A stretch of 35,590 nucleotides of DNA. It comes from a virus. Lineage: Duplodnaviria; Caudoviricetes. The translations under genes were made by a program, and so were the position numbers. Where the stretch lies: IMG/VR virus record IMGVR_UViG_3300037781_000163, positions 1 to 35,590 of that record; one strand, 5' to 3'. Shown piece after piece: positions 1 to 8,909 of this stretch. A model generated the notes under the pieces. The model ran no database searches. It was not told the DNA's origin and saw nothing but the letters and a program-made list of their open reading frames with translations. Position 1 is the stretch's first letter. Each line of letters begins with the position of its first letter.

Positions 1-534
1 CGGCGTGATCGTGATTCCGGGGTTCTCGAGGTAATCGCCCGCGGCGTTGTGTTCATAGCCGGAGCTGGCGCCGGTATCGATCTGCGAGGTATCCGCGAAG
101 GGATCCACCAGTGCGTTGACGATGCGTTGCGGATTGGCCGCGAGCATGGCGTCTTTCATGCTGTTGACCAGGATCAGCTTGCGCAGCGCCTCGACCGACT
201 GCGTCGGTATGATCGACGGGTCGAGCTGGCCCGTTGCCGAAAGCACCTCCGGCAGGTTCGTCGCCGAAAGGCCAACATCGCGGTAAGCGGCCGTCCCGAG
301 CCCGAGCGCCGTGATCGCATTCGCAATCAGCGTGGTGACAGCCTGGCGCACCTGGGTCAGGTCCTCGTCATCCGGCTCGATCTCGGCATGCTCGATCAGC
401 TCGACCAGCTCGGCCTGCACGTCGTTGAACACCTGCGCCGGCGGAGTGGAGCCAGGCACGCTCGGCGTTGCCGGGTTGAAATCGACGTAGGGATCGTCAT
501 CGGCCTCGGCGCCGAATGGCGGTACGTACTTCAT
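1..534 (-). CDS. Tail fibre protein, N-terminal part (runs off left edge)
   Basis: Not in the ORF track. Manual translation from ATG 534: MKYVPPFGAEADDDPYVDFNPATPSVPGSTPPAQVFNDVQAELVELIEHAEIEPDDEDLTQVRQAV...LGLGTAA, a Mu-type fibre N-terminus directly after the gp48-like gene. Confidence 0.85.
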   Translation of the reverse strand, partial: MKYVPPFGAEADDDPYVDFNPATPSVPGSTPPAQVFNDVQAELVELIEHAEIEPDDEDLTQVRQAVTTLIANAITALGLGTAAYRDVGLSATNLPEVLSATGQLDPSIIPTQSVEALRKLILVNSMKDAMLAANPQRIVNALVDPFADTSQIDTGASSGYEHNAAGDYLENPGITITP

Positions 535-537
535 GGG

Positions 538-1152
538 TCAGCCCTCGTAGGTAAAAAGCAGGGTCGTGTGATCCGGCTGCCAGCGCCGGAGCACGCATTC
601 GAGATCCTCGGCGATCGAGGCGAAGCCGAGCGGGTCGCGGCCGCAGACGCCTTCCCCGCAGCGAAACCAGGTGATGCGCGGTCCGAGCACCCGGACGCGC
701 CACAGAAAACGCTGCTTCGGATCACCAAGCGCATGCCCGCCGCCGCATTGGGAGAAGCCGCAGCGGAAGGGCCGGTACTCGACGACCTCGATCTCGTAGC
801 CGAGCGAGGCGGCGACGCCGGTGAAATAGGCGATCGACTGTCCACCGCGGGCGGACCAGCGGGCGACCAGGTGCAGGCGGCGTTCGCTCTCGGTCTGCAG
901 CGCGGTCGTGCATTCGTCCGGCAGGCCCGCTTCGCGTTCACGCGCCGCCAGTGTCTCGACCGCGAAGCGCGGGTTGAGGTCGTATCGTTGCGCCTGCGCG
1001 CGCTCGTCGATATCGGCATGGGCAACCGCCAGCGCCTCGAGCAGTTTCCGGCCCTCGCCGGTGCGCTCGCGAAAGCCCTGCCAGAACGGACCTTCCGGCA
1101 GCAGCGCGGCGAGCGCGGCGGTGTAGGCCTGAATGCGCGCGGCGTCAGGCAT
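538..1152 (-). CDS. Baseplate wedge protein, YmfQ/DUF2313 (Mu gp48-like)
   Basis: ALAALLPEGPFW, E.GLPD.C, GGQSIAYF..VAASLGY and LECVLRRWQPDHT motifs; start ATG 1152 overlaps the gpJ stop. Confidence 0.9.
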   Translation of the reverse strand: MPDAARIQAYTAALAALLPEGPFWQGFRERTGEGRKLLEALAVAHADIDERAQAQRYDLNPRFAVETLAAREREAGLPDECTTALQTESERRLHLVARWSARGGQSIAYFTGVAASLGYEIEVVEYRPFRCGFSQCGGGHALGDPKQRFLWRVRVLGPRITWFRCGEGVCGRDPLGFASIAEDLECVLRRWQPDHTTLLFTYEG

Positions 1153-2275
1153 AGGTGATCGTCCCGGGGATCGCGATCTCGCCGGCGTCGATCGAGACGT
1201 TGCCGGCGGGCGCGGTGAGAATATGACTGTCCTCACCGGCGGCGATCGCAACCGCTTCGGCGATCCAGCTGCGCGAGATGTCGAGACCGGGCTCGGCGCG
1301 TCGGCGCAGCATGGCGGCAAGCTCGGTCGAGATCGCCGCGCGGATCTCCGGCGTATCCGGCGAGAGCGCCGAGACCGTCAGGTCGACCTCGACCGGCGTC
1401 GGCGCAGTGACGATCGGCTCCGCCGTCACCGGGCGAACCGCCTCGATCGCCGCGGCGACGAGCGCCAGGTCACCGGAATAGTCAGGCGCGGGATCGCCTT
1501 GCGGAATGCCGCTCTCTTCGGCGCGAAGATCATCCATCATGAAATAGATCGTGACCGTCCCGATCGCGTCGCCGGTACCGGAGACCGGCCAGACGCGCGT
1601 CACGCCGGCAACGGCCTTCGCCCAGGCAACGTAATCATGGGCCGCACCGCCGTGCGGCGGTTGCTGGATACGCGCGAGGATGCGCGAGCGGAAAGCCTCC
1701 GCGATGCCGGGTCGGCCGTCCGCTTCGATGTCGGCGCCACCGGCAAGACCGGGCGCGGTCACCGTGACGGACGCATCGACGCCGGCGATCGGGGATGAGA
1801 AGGAAAGTTTCTGCGCTCCCGCCGGCGAGGCATGATTGCCGGCAACGCCCGCGATAACCGCTTCGACAGGCAGGCTCACGGTGCCGTCCGCAACGGAGCC
1901 GCCGGCCGTCACGCGGTAGACGGCGCCGTCCGCGCGCACCAGCTCGGCGCCGGTCGGGATCTCCGCGTCATTGACGCCGGTCGCGGTGATCGTACCCGTC
2001 GCCTTCGTCGCAGGCACGCGTTCGACTCCCCAGACACCACCCCAGCTGTCCAGCCAGTCGCCCTCGGCGAACAGCGGATGCGACTGCCGCGCCGACCAGT
2101 CGAGATGCGCGTGCAGGAGGTGAGTGCCCGCCGCGGTGAGCTCCGGCAGCCGTGGCACGACCCCCTGGCCGAGCAGCATCTCGGCGTCAGGCAGGCGCGC
2201 GGCGAACTCGGCGCGGGCGAGCTCGATCAACTCTTCGAGGGTCGGGCGGGAAAAGCCGGTCAGCGTCGTCGTCAT
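1145..2275 (-). CDS. Baseplate J-like protein (Mu gp47)
   Basis: RPTLEEL, R.PATKATG, GGADIE, PPHGGAAHDYVAWA..V.GVTRVW motifs; synteny. Confidence 0.95.
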   Translation of the reverse strand: MTTTLTGFSRPTLEELIELARAEFAARLPDAEMLLGQGVVPRLPELTAAGTHLLHAHLDWSARQSHPLFAEGDWLDSWGGVWGVERVPATKATGTITATGVNDAEIPTGAELVRADGAVYRVTAGGSVADGTVSLPVEAVIAGVAGNHASPAGAQKLSFSSPIAGVDASVTVTAPGLAGGADIEADGRPGIAEAFRSRILARIQQPPHGGAAHDYVAWAKAVAGVTRVWPVSGTGDAIGTVTIYFMMDDLRAEESGIPQGDPAPDYSGDLALVAAAIEAVRPVTAEPIVTAPTPVEVDLTVSALSPDTPEIRAAISTELAAMLRRRAEPGLDISRSWIAEAVAIAAGEDSHILTAPAGNVSIDAGEIAIPGTITYA

Positions 2276-2733
2276 GGGTCAAGCTCCCGCCATAGATCGT
2301 CGATCAGGATGTCGAGGTCGTTGCCGTCCGGCTTCACGATCCGGATCGCGAGGTCGAGGCGGACCGGGTCGCCGACGCGCGCGGCCTGCACGGTGATAGT
2401 GCGGGCGAGCCCGTCATCGATCAGCTGCTGCAGATCCTCGCGCACGGTCTCCTCGATCGCGGCGACGGTCGCGTCGGTCAGCACGGCGCGGGCATAGATC
2501 CAGAGCCGGGTACCGACGCCCCGCCCCTGCACGGCCGGGAATGCGTCGGCCCAATAACCCTTGCGGTCGGCATCGAAGCCCGGCAGCACATCGTCCACCC
2601 GCGCGCGGCCCCAGGTGAACAGGATCGCGCGGACATGGGTCTCGAGGTCGCGACCCTCGGCGAGGCCGGTGACCGGCGCCGGCGCCAGGTCGAGAAAGCC
2701 CGACGCGCGCCGGGCAACGTGAAAGTCACTCAT
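2272..2733 (-). CDS. Mu gp46-like baseplate protein
   Basis: LETHVRAILFT..RA, RKGYWAD, GTRLW, LQQLIDDG.A motifs; start moved to ATG 2733 (MSDFHV). Confidence 0.9.
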   Translation of the reverse strand: MSDFHVARRASGFLDLAPAPVTGLAEGRDLETHVRAILFTWGRARVDDVLPGFDADRKGYWADAFPAVQGRGVGTRLWIYARAVLTDATVAAIEETVREDLQQLIDDGLARTITVQAARVGDPVRLDLAIRIVKPDGNDLDILIDDLWRELDP

Positions 2734-3388
2734 CCCGCGAATCCCCGATCTCCGGCGGACTGATATCCAGCCCCTCGCCGGTTGCCGTCCCGGTCCAGCT
2801 GACCTTGTGCGTCGGCAGCCATTCCTCGCCGTGACCCAGGCAATCGAGTGCAAGGCGCTCGGTCGCATGGATCTCGACGTTCTTCCCCTCGAGGCGAACG
2901 TTCTCGCCCCCCTGGACGCGAACATCGTTCGCCCCTTCGACCGTCACGTCGTTGCCGGCCTCTACGCGAACGCCGTTCGCCGCGGTGACCTTGGCATCGA
3001 CGCAGGTGATCTCGATCTCCTGACCGCGCTTCAGGTGAATGCGGCAGCCGCCCGCGAGCGCGTCCTCGTCGGAGTAGAGCGCGACCTCTCCGGCCGCGAG
3101 ATCCTCCGGCCGGTAGCGCCGGTCGATCGCCGGGAGCGCGACCCGGTGATCGCGGTCGATCGCGATCACCAGCTCCTCCGCCCCTTGCCCGCCCGAGCCG
3201 GGCGGCAGCACGCGCATGACGAAACCGTAGGGCAGCAAGTGAACGACGCCGTCGAAGGTCTCGCCGGCGCGGCCGGCCACCTGGTGACGCTGGTCGCGCA
3301 CGCCGTCCGCGTCGCGGAGCACGACACCCCAGACGAACAGGTTCGAGACCCGCCTTGCCAGGTTCCGGAAAGTCTGCGCGTCAATCAT
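2726..3388 (-). CDS. Baseplate spike/assembly protein (Mu gp45/gpV-like)
   Basis: PYGF, DRRYRP..LAAGEVALY motifs followed by beta-helix-like repeats (VRVEAGNDVTVEGANDVRVQGGENV). Confidence 0.9.
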   Translation of the reverse strand: MIDAQTFRNLARRVSNLFVWGVVLRDADGVRDQRHQVAGRAGETFDGVVHLLPYGFVMRVLPPGSGGQGAEELVIAIDRDHRVALPAIDRRYRPEDLAAGEVALYSDEDALAGGCRIHLKRGQEIEITCVDAKVTAANGVRVEAGNDVTVEGANDVRVQGGENVRLEGKNVEIHATERLALDCLGHGEEWLPTHKVSWTGTATGEGLDISPPEIGDSRDE

Positions 3389-4508
3389 CCGCCACCGCCT
3401 TGCGCACCCTGTCCCACTTCTGCCGCTCGCCGTCCGCCGCCTGTTCCGGCAGCGGCTGGAAAGCCGCCGGCGGCGCCAGCGTCAGCCCCGCCGTCCGGCC
3501 GCCGTTGCCGTCGAAGCGGAAATCGACCGCCGTGATCAAGAGGTCGCGATGCGCCCCGGCGATAACGTCGTCGACCCGGACCAGGAGGCCCGGCGACCAG
3601 AGCGCGCCGCCCGGCTTCTGGCGCCAGCCCCGCACCGTGTGCGAGAGCGAAAGCCCGAGCGCCTGGCGGCGGGCGACCTCCCAGCCGGCGCGGAGCCCGG
3701 CGCGGACGCTGTCGCCGGCGGAATCCGCCAGCACGATCAACGGCCGATGGCGAGTGACCGCTGCATCGCGGGCGATGCCCTCGCCCTGCGCCGCGGCGAT
3801 GCCGAAGTCCGCCCCCTCCGCCTGCCGCTGCGACTTGACCGTGATCGTCGAGAAACGCTGCACAATACCCCGCGAGAAGCTGGTCGCGATGACGTTGTTT
3901 GCCGGGTCGGGCGTGCCGTCCGGGCCGTCGAGATGGCGGAGCGCCACCGCAGCCCGGCCGGTAACCGGATCGCGCGCCAGCCGGAGCGAGCCGTCCGCTT
4001 CGGCGAAGGCGAGCAGGCCCTCGTCGCGGCAGAGCCGGAGGATCGCCTCGGCGGCCTTCTCGCCGAGCTCGACCTCGAAATTCGTCACCTTGCGCGCAAC
4101 CGCCGCGGCGTCCGCCCGGACATCGATGCCGAAGGGCAGCGCCAGCGCGCGGACGATATCGGCGGCCGTCCGGCCCCGCATCTGCAGGGCGGCAGCCGAG
4201 CAATCGACCAGGTCGCCGGTGAGCGACCGCCCAGCCGCCACGTAACCGCGATCACCGGCGCCCCGGCGGCCCTGTAATTCGTCAACCGCGCCGACCAGCA
4301 CCGTCTCGTCGCCGATCGCGACCCTGACCTCCTGGCCCGGCTCGAGCGGCGGACCGCCGGCGATCCGGCCGGCATCGCCCGGCGTGCGGCCGAGCTCGAG
4401 CGAGAACCGCCCGGCGATCTGCTCGATGCCGAGCCCGACCGACGCCGACTTCCAGACCTCGAGCACCTTGCCGCCGGCAAAGACGCGGAGCCGGTTGTCC
4501 TCAGCCAT
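3381..4508 (-). CDS. Baseplate hub protein (Mu gpP/gp44-like)
   Basis: GRSLTGDLVDCS, D..VTRHRPL, TVRGWRQ..G.LWSPG motifs. Confidence 0.9.
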   Translation of the reverse strand: MAEDNRLRVFAGGKVLEVWKSASVGLGIEQIAGRFSLELGRTPGDAGRIAGGPPLEPGQEVRVAIGDETVLVGAVDELQGRRGAGDRGYVAAGRSLTGDLVDCSAAALQMRGRTAADIVRALALPFGIDVRADAAAVARKVTNFEVELGEKAAEAILRLCRDEGLLAFAEADGSLRLARDPVTGRAAVALRHLDGPDGTPDPANNVIATSFSRGIVQRFSTITVKSQRQAEGADFGIAAAQGEGIARDAAVTRHRPLIVLADSAGDSVRAGLRAGWEVARRQALGLSLSHTVRGWRQKPGGALWSPGLLVRVDDVIAGAHRDLLITAVDFRFDGNGGRTAGLTLAPPAAFQPLPEQAADGERQKWDRVRKAVADD

Positions 4509-5736
4509 CGAGCGCCTCGATCCGGCTGGACGCGAACAACGGCCGTACCATCGACGGGTTGCGCTTCAGGATCTCCGCTTCACGGGTTGCATCGCCATAG
4601 AGCCGGTGAGCAAGCAGGATCGACGGCGCACCGCCGCTTTCAATCGTGACAGCGTTCGGCAGACCACCGGCGCGGGTCGCGAGATCGGCCGACACGCGCT
4701 GCGAAAGCGTCGTGACAGCCGAGAAAGCCGCATCGTCGAACAGACCGGTCGAGGCCGCGGCGAGGCGGACGCGGTCGGCACGCGCGACGAACGCCGTTCG
4801 CGCCGACCGCACCTCCCCCGCGGTCTCGAAGCCGCCCGCGGCCAGCGCGCGGGCCTCATGGGCGAGCGATAATCGCCGGACGAAAAGATCCTGGGCGGCT
4901 TCGTTGACGGCAACGACCGAGGCGGCGACACCGCCGATGGTCTCCGCGACATCCGAAGCCCGGTCGACCAGGCCACCGAACAGCGCGGCGGCGCGGAGCG
5001 GTGCGCCGCTTGACCGCCCCGCGCGATCGACCGCGTAGGCAGCCGACGCCAGGGCATCCGTGAATTCCATGACCGGGGCCGCCGCATCCTCGTACAGCCG
5101 GGCGACCAGGTCGAGACCGAGTGCAGTGCGCGCCTCCCGGATCGCGGCGGCGCCGGCGGCGATGCCGAGACGCGGAAGGCCGAGTGCCGAATCCAGCGCC
5201 GCATCACCCCATGACGTGAACCGCGCCGCGGCCGTTTCGGCTACCGTCTGCGGCAGCGACGAGACCCGGAAGCGCGCGTTGAACGCTTCCGCGGCGGCGA
5301 GTGAAAGCCTGTCGGCGGCGGAGCGCATCAACGCAGCGCCATCCGCGCCGGCCTCCGGAAAGCGGGCATCGCCGGCCTCGGCGAGCGTCATCGTGAAATC
5401 GCAACGCCCGAGCTGGTCTTCGTTCTCCGCCGTGGTCCAGCTGCGGACCATTACCCTCATGGCGCCATGCGGACCACGGTACCAGGCGGCGCCCGGTGCG
5501 CGCAGCGCCTCGATCAACGCGGCACGCGTCGCCTCGAATGCAGCCACCGACGTGGCGGTTACGAAACCCGCGATCGTGAAGGTCTCCACCGCCGCGCCGG
5601 TATCTTCGGCGTCGGGCAGGTCACGGGCGGCGAACTCGTGATCCGGCCCGCGCCGGCCACCGCTGCGATCGTGGCTTTTCAAGTGAAAAGGGACGCCCCG
5701 TATCGACGGAGCGTCCCAACCGTTCGGCAGTGCCAT
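4501..5736 (-). CDS. DNA circularization protein (Mu gpN-like)
   Basis: SIRGVPF, GGRR..HEF..RD.P..ED.G at the N-terminus; LAHRLYGDATREAEILKRN...P.F at the C-terminus. Confidence 0.92.
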   Translation of the reverse strand: MALPNGWDAPSIRGVPFHLKSHDRSGGRRGPDHEFAARDLPDAEDTGAAVETFTIAGFVTATSVAAFEATRAALIEALRAPGAAWYRGPHGAMRVMVRSWTTAENEDQLGRCDFTMTLAEAGDARFPEAGADGAALMRSAADRLSLAAAEAFNARFRVSSLPQTVAETAAARFTSWGDAALDSALGLPRLGIAAGAAAIREARTALGLDLVARLYEDAAAPVMEFTDALASAAYAVDRAGRSSGAPLRAAALFGGLVDRASDVAETIGGVAASVVAVNEAAQDLFVRRLSLAHEARALAAGGFETAGEVRSARTAFVARADRVRLAAASTGLFDDAAFSAVTTLSQRVSADLATRAGGLPNAVTIESGGAPSILLAHRLYGDATREAEILKRNPSMVRPLFASSRIEALDG

Positions 5737-5739
5737 TGT

Positions 5740-5767
5740 CGCCTCCCGCAGCCGCCTGCGGGAGGCG
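5740..5767 (-). promoter_or_regulatory. Perfect 12-bp hairpin covering the RBS of the gpN-like gene
   Basis: CGCCTCCCGCAG-CCGC-CTGCGGGAGGCG; no U-tract; the 3' arm on the minus strand contains GGAGG just upstream of ATG 5736. Confidence 0.6.
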
Positions 5768-5772
5768 GAGGG

Positions 5773-6219
5773 TCAGTTTCCGAGCTTCTGTTTCGCGGCC
5801 AGCTCCATATCGATGCAGCCGCCGAGGGTCGTGTAGTTCGGCGCGCCGCCAAAGGCCGCCACCTGTTCGCAATGCGCTCGCAGAACCGGATCGAGATCCG
5901 GCATTGCCGCGACCCGGGCCCGCGCGCCGATCTCCATATCGATGCAGCCGCGCAAGGTCGAGTAGCTGCCACCGCCGCCGAAACGCGCCACCTGGTCGCA
6001 ATAGGTCCAGATCCGCTCCTCTTCACCGGTCAGGCGATCTAGCGCGACCTTCGCGGCGGCCTCCATCTGCCGGCAACCGAGCTCGATCGTCGCGCTCGAG
6101 CTTCCACCGACCGCGGCAACCGTCTTGCAGTAGGACTTTACGTCATACTCGGGCATATCCGCGCCCCAGGCCGGCAACGCGCCGATGGCCAGGGCGGCGG
6201 CGAGTGTCATGATCTTCAT
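5773..6219 (-). CDS. Secreted protein with three C-x17-C repeats (moron)
   Basis: Signal peptide MKIMTLAAALAIGALPAWG-A; three ~42-aa repeats; GGAGG RBS; own promoter. Confidence 0.85.
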   Translation of the reverse strand: MKIMTLAAALAIGALPAWGADMPEYDVKSYCKTVAAVGGSSSATIELGCRQMEAAAKVALDRLTGEEERIWTYCDQVARFGGGGSYSTLRGCIDMEIGARARVAAMPDLDPVLRAHCEQVAAFGGAPNYTTLGGCIDMELAAKQKLGN

Positions 6220-6246
6220 TCAAACCTCCCGTTTTGCTTGTGCGGG

Positions 6247-6275
6247 AGTGTATTGTGACTCCGATTGCCTGTCCA
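6247..6275 (-). promoter_or_regulatory. Sigma70-like promoter of the moron
   Basis: Minus strand TGGACA (6275-6270) - N17 - TACACT (6252-6247). Confidence 0.65.
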
Positions 6276-6286
6276 CTCACCCGGAA

Positions 6287-7030
6287 TCAGCGGCTGAATG
6301 TCCGGATCAGCTGTTCGACATAGGCGGAACGCCGCGGACCCTGGCGCGAGGTCGACAGCGCCGTGCGCATCGCCTTCAGGAACTGCTGGCGAATCTGCTT
6401 GTCGGACATCCGTCGCGCCGGCTCAACAAACCGCCAGCGCCGCGCGATCCTGTAGCCCTGCACACCCGTGTACAGACGGACAATCGGAAGCCGGCGATGC
6501 GCGAAACGCCGCACGAATACGCCCGGTTTCCCGGCAATCGTCGCGACGAACGGTCGCGGAGCCCGCTTCGAGCCCCGGCGCCGGCGTTTTTTCGTCTTCG
6601 CGGCGGCGGCCTGGCGCTCGATCTTGCGGAAAAGCTGTTTCGGACGGTTCGGCCGAGCGACGGGAGCGGCGATCGAGCTGGTCGTCCGCGCTTCGATCGT
6701 CGGAACCAGCAGGCCCGACACTTTCCAGCCGCCGTTTCCGTCTGCCTGGCGCACGGCGCCGACGAGCTGGTCCTTCATGTACCAGTCGCGGGTGAAAACC
6801 GCGGCCTCATGCTTGCCCTTCGTCGCCGGACGAACCCGGATGCCGCGCTCGGTCCAGTTGTTGCGGAGCTCGAACTGCCGGCCGAGGCTCCGCTGCGTCG
6901 CCTTCTGGACGATTTGCGCCGTACGCGTCAGCGCCTTTGCTGCGGCAAACGGATAATGCTTCCGCTCGGCCTCTGTCAGCATCGCCTCGGCGATGCCCAA
7001 CCCGTCAAATTCGATCGAGACGTCGAGCAT
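6287..7030 (-). CDS. Basic phage protein, likely lambda gpZ-like tail completion family
   Basis: PFAAAKALTRTA...F....WT.R helix pattern, Arg/Lys-rich; coupled to the tape measure stop. Confidence 0.55.
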   Translation of the reverse strand: MLDVSIEFDGLGIAEAMLTEAERKHYPFAAAKALTRTAQIVQKATQRSLGRQFELRNNWTERGIRVRPATKGKHEAAVFTRDWYMKDQLVGAVRQADGNGGWKVSGLLVPTIEARTTSSIAAPVARPNRPKQLFRKIERQAAAAKTKKRRRRGSKRAPRPFVATIAGKPGVFVRRFAHRRLPIVRLYTGVQGYRIARRWRFVEPARRMSDKQIRQQFLKAMRTALSTSRQGPRRSAYVEQLIRTFSR

Positions 7031-8733
7031 CAGTAAGAAGCCGCGAAGTTCATGCCGACATCGACCGGGATATCGACCGCGCCGGATGAACCGGCGGTGC
7101 TGGTCCGGGTCTGAACGTTTTTCACCTCGGCGCCGACGACCTCGATCCGCGTGCGGATCTCGCCCTGCACCTCGCCTGTCGCGCCGCGGGCCACAGCCTG
7201 GCGGCCGGCTGCCCGGTCGACCGCGTGGCGTGTCGCCGACGGCAGGTTGCCCGCCTCGGGCGCGTCAGGCGTATCGAAATCGATACCCATCTTCGATAGC
7301 CCGGTCTTCATCCAGCCCGGCAGTGATGCCCCGAGCGCGTTGATCGCCTCACGCAGCGCGCGGGCCGGGTTCAAGGCTTCGAACATCGACATGATGCCGG
7401 CGATCGCGTCGTCGAAGATCGCGCCGACCTTCGCCCACAGATCTTTCGCCCAGGCCGTGATCGAGTCCCAGTTCTCATAGATCAGGTAAACGGCAGCGCC
7501 GAGCGCCGCCACCGCGGCAATAACGGCGCCGATCGGGTTCGCAATCAGCACGACCGTCAAGGCCTTGAACGCCGTTGCAAAAGCGCCGATGCCGGACACG
7601 ACTGCCGGGATCGCTGTTGCGGCAAAGGCACCGAGCTTGACGCTCATCAGCCCGATCGAGGATGTCAGCCCGATGACGCCCTTACCGACCGAGAGCAACG
7701 CCGCGACCGTATCCAGGTTGAGCAGCGCGACCATGCCAACGGCGGCGACCTTCCATCCGCCGATCGCCTCGATGAAGCCACGGACACTGGCGACCGTCTC
7801 GGATATGCCGGCAACGAAGGCCTCGAAGTCGAAACGCTCGAAGGCCGCCGCGATCTCCCGCACGATCGCCTCGACGCGAAGCGCGATCAACTCGCGGTTC
7901 GCGGTGATGAAAGACGTGAAACGCTCGATCAGCGGTCCGACAACCGGCAGCAGCTTCGCGGTGATCGCATGCCCGGCGCCCTCGAGAGCGCGGCCGGCGT
8001 CGGTCATCCGGTCGGTCAACTCTGCCGATGCCCGGGCCTGCTCTGCCGTGACGATGCCGAGCTCGCGGGCCCGCGCCGCCATCTCTGCCAGGCCAGCGGA
8101 ACCTTTCAGCATCGACGGGACCAGCTTCGCGCCAGCCTCCTCCATCAGCTTCTGCGCGACCGCGGCGCGTTGCGCCGGGTCTTCGATCTTCGCGATCTTG
8201 TCGGCGAGCTCAACATAGACGTCGCCGACATTCCGGGTCTTGCCGGCGCTGTCGGTGAGCTTGACGCCGAGCGCCTCGAACAGCTCGAGCGCCTCGCCGG
8301 TACCGTTCGCCGCCTCGCCGATATTCTTCGTCAGCGACCGAATGGCCGCCTCGAACTCCTCGCCGGTCGCCCCGGACCGCTCGGCGGCATAGGCCAGTTC
8401 CTGCAGCTGCTCGACCGCGACGCCCGACCGTTGAGACAGCTTGTCGAGCGCATCGCCGGCGGAAACCGAGCGCCGGACGGTGAGCCCCAGCGCCGCCATC
8501 AGCCCGCCGCCGGAGAGCAACGCCGCCCCGCCGAACAATCCCCGCACCTGGCGGCCGAGGTTGACGAAGCTCTTGCCGAGATTGCGGACGGAATCAGCGA
8601 CACGATGCAGGCCGAAGCTCCGGGCGGTCTGGCTCGCCCGGCCGCGCAGCGCACCGAGCGAGGACCGGACAGCGCGGATCGGACCGGTCGCCCGGTCGAC
8701 CGCTTTCATGATGAAGGCAACGGCTGCGTTCAC
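7030..8733 (-). CDS. Tail tape measure protein
   Basis: AVDRATGP start, Ala-rich helical repeats, ANPIG...LIYENWD motif; follows the chaperone genes. Confidence 0.93.
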   Translation of the reverse strand: MNAAVAFIMKAVDRATGPIRAVRSSLGALRGRASQTARSFGLHRVADSVRNLGKSFVNLGRQVRGLFGGAALLSGGGLMAALGLTVRRSVSAGDALDKLSQRSGVAVEQLQELAYAAERSGATGEEFEAAIRSLTKNIGEAANGTGEALELFEALGVKLTDSAGKTRNVGDVYVELADKIAKIEDPAQRAAVAQKLMEEAGAKLVPSMLKGSAGLAEMAARARELGIVTAEQARASAELTDRMTDAGRALEGAGHAITAKLLPVVGPLIERFTSFITANRELIALRVEAIVREIAAAFERFDFEAFVAGISETVASVRGFIEAIGGWKVAAVGMVALLNLDTVAALLSVGKGVIGLTSSIGLMSVKLGAFAATAIPAVVSGIGAFATAFKALTVVLIANPIGAVIAAVAALGAAVYLIYENWDSITAWAKDLWAKVGAIFDDAIAGIMSMFEALNPARALREAINALGASLPGWMKTGLSKMGIDFDTPDAPEAGNLPSATRHAVDRAAGRQAVARGATGEVQGEIRTRIEVVGAEVKNVQTRTSTAGSSGAVDIPVDVGMNFAASY

Positions 8734-8909
8734 TTGCTACCCTTCCCGCCGAAAGCCTCGGCGATCTTCTCCTGCAGGCGCTCACGCGCCGCGACGACTT
8801 CCATCAGGTCCTCGAGGATCTCGTCCTGCCACTGGCTCGGCAGCCAGCCGAACTCCGCGGCCGCCGCGACTACGCGGCCCCGCCAGTTTTCCGGGACAGC
8901 GGCAAAAAA
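8730..8909 (-). CDS. -1 frameshift extension of the tail chaperone (GT / P2 E+E'-like)
   Basis: The -1 frame after G GGT TTT reads FAAVPENWRGRVVAAAAEFGWLPSQWQDEILEDLMEV...GSK*, ending in a GTGA overlap with the tape measure start. Confidence 0.75.
   Translation of the reverse strand, partial: FFAAVPENWRGRVVAAAAEFGWLPSQWQDEILEDLMEVVAARERLQEKIAEAFGGKGSK

Noticed and set aside
5806-6010. DNA repeat pair as a DGR template/variable repeat
   Set aside because: Both copies lie in one ORF as protein repeats, differences are not adenine-specific, and there is no reverse transcriptase in the window.
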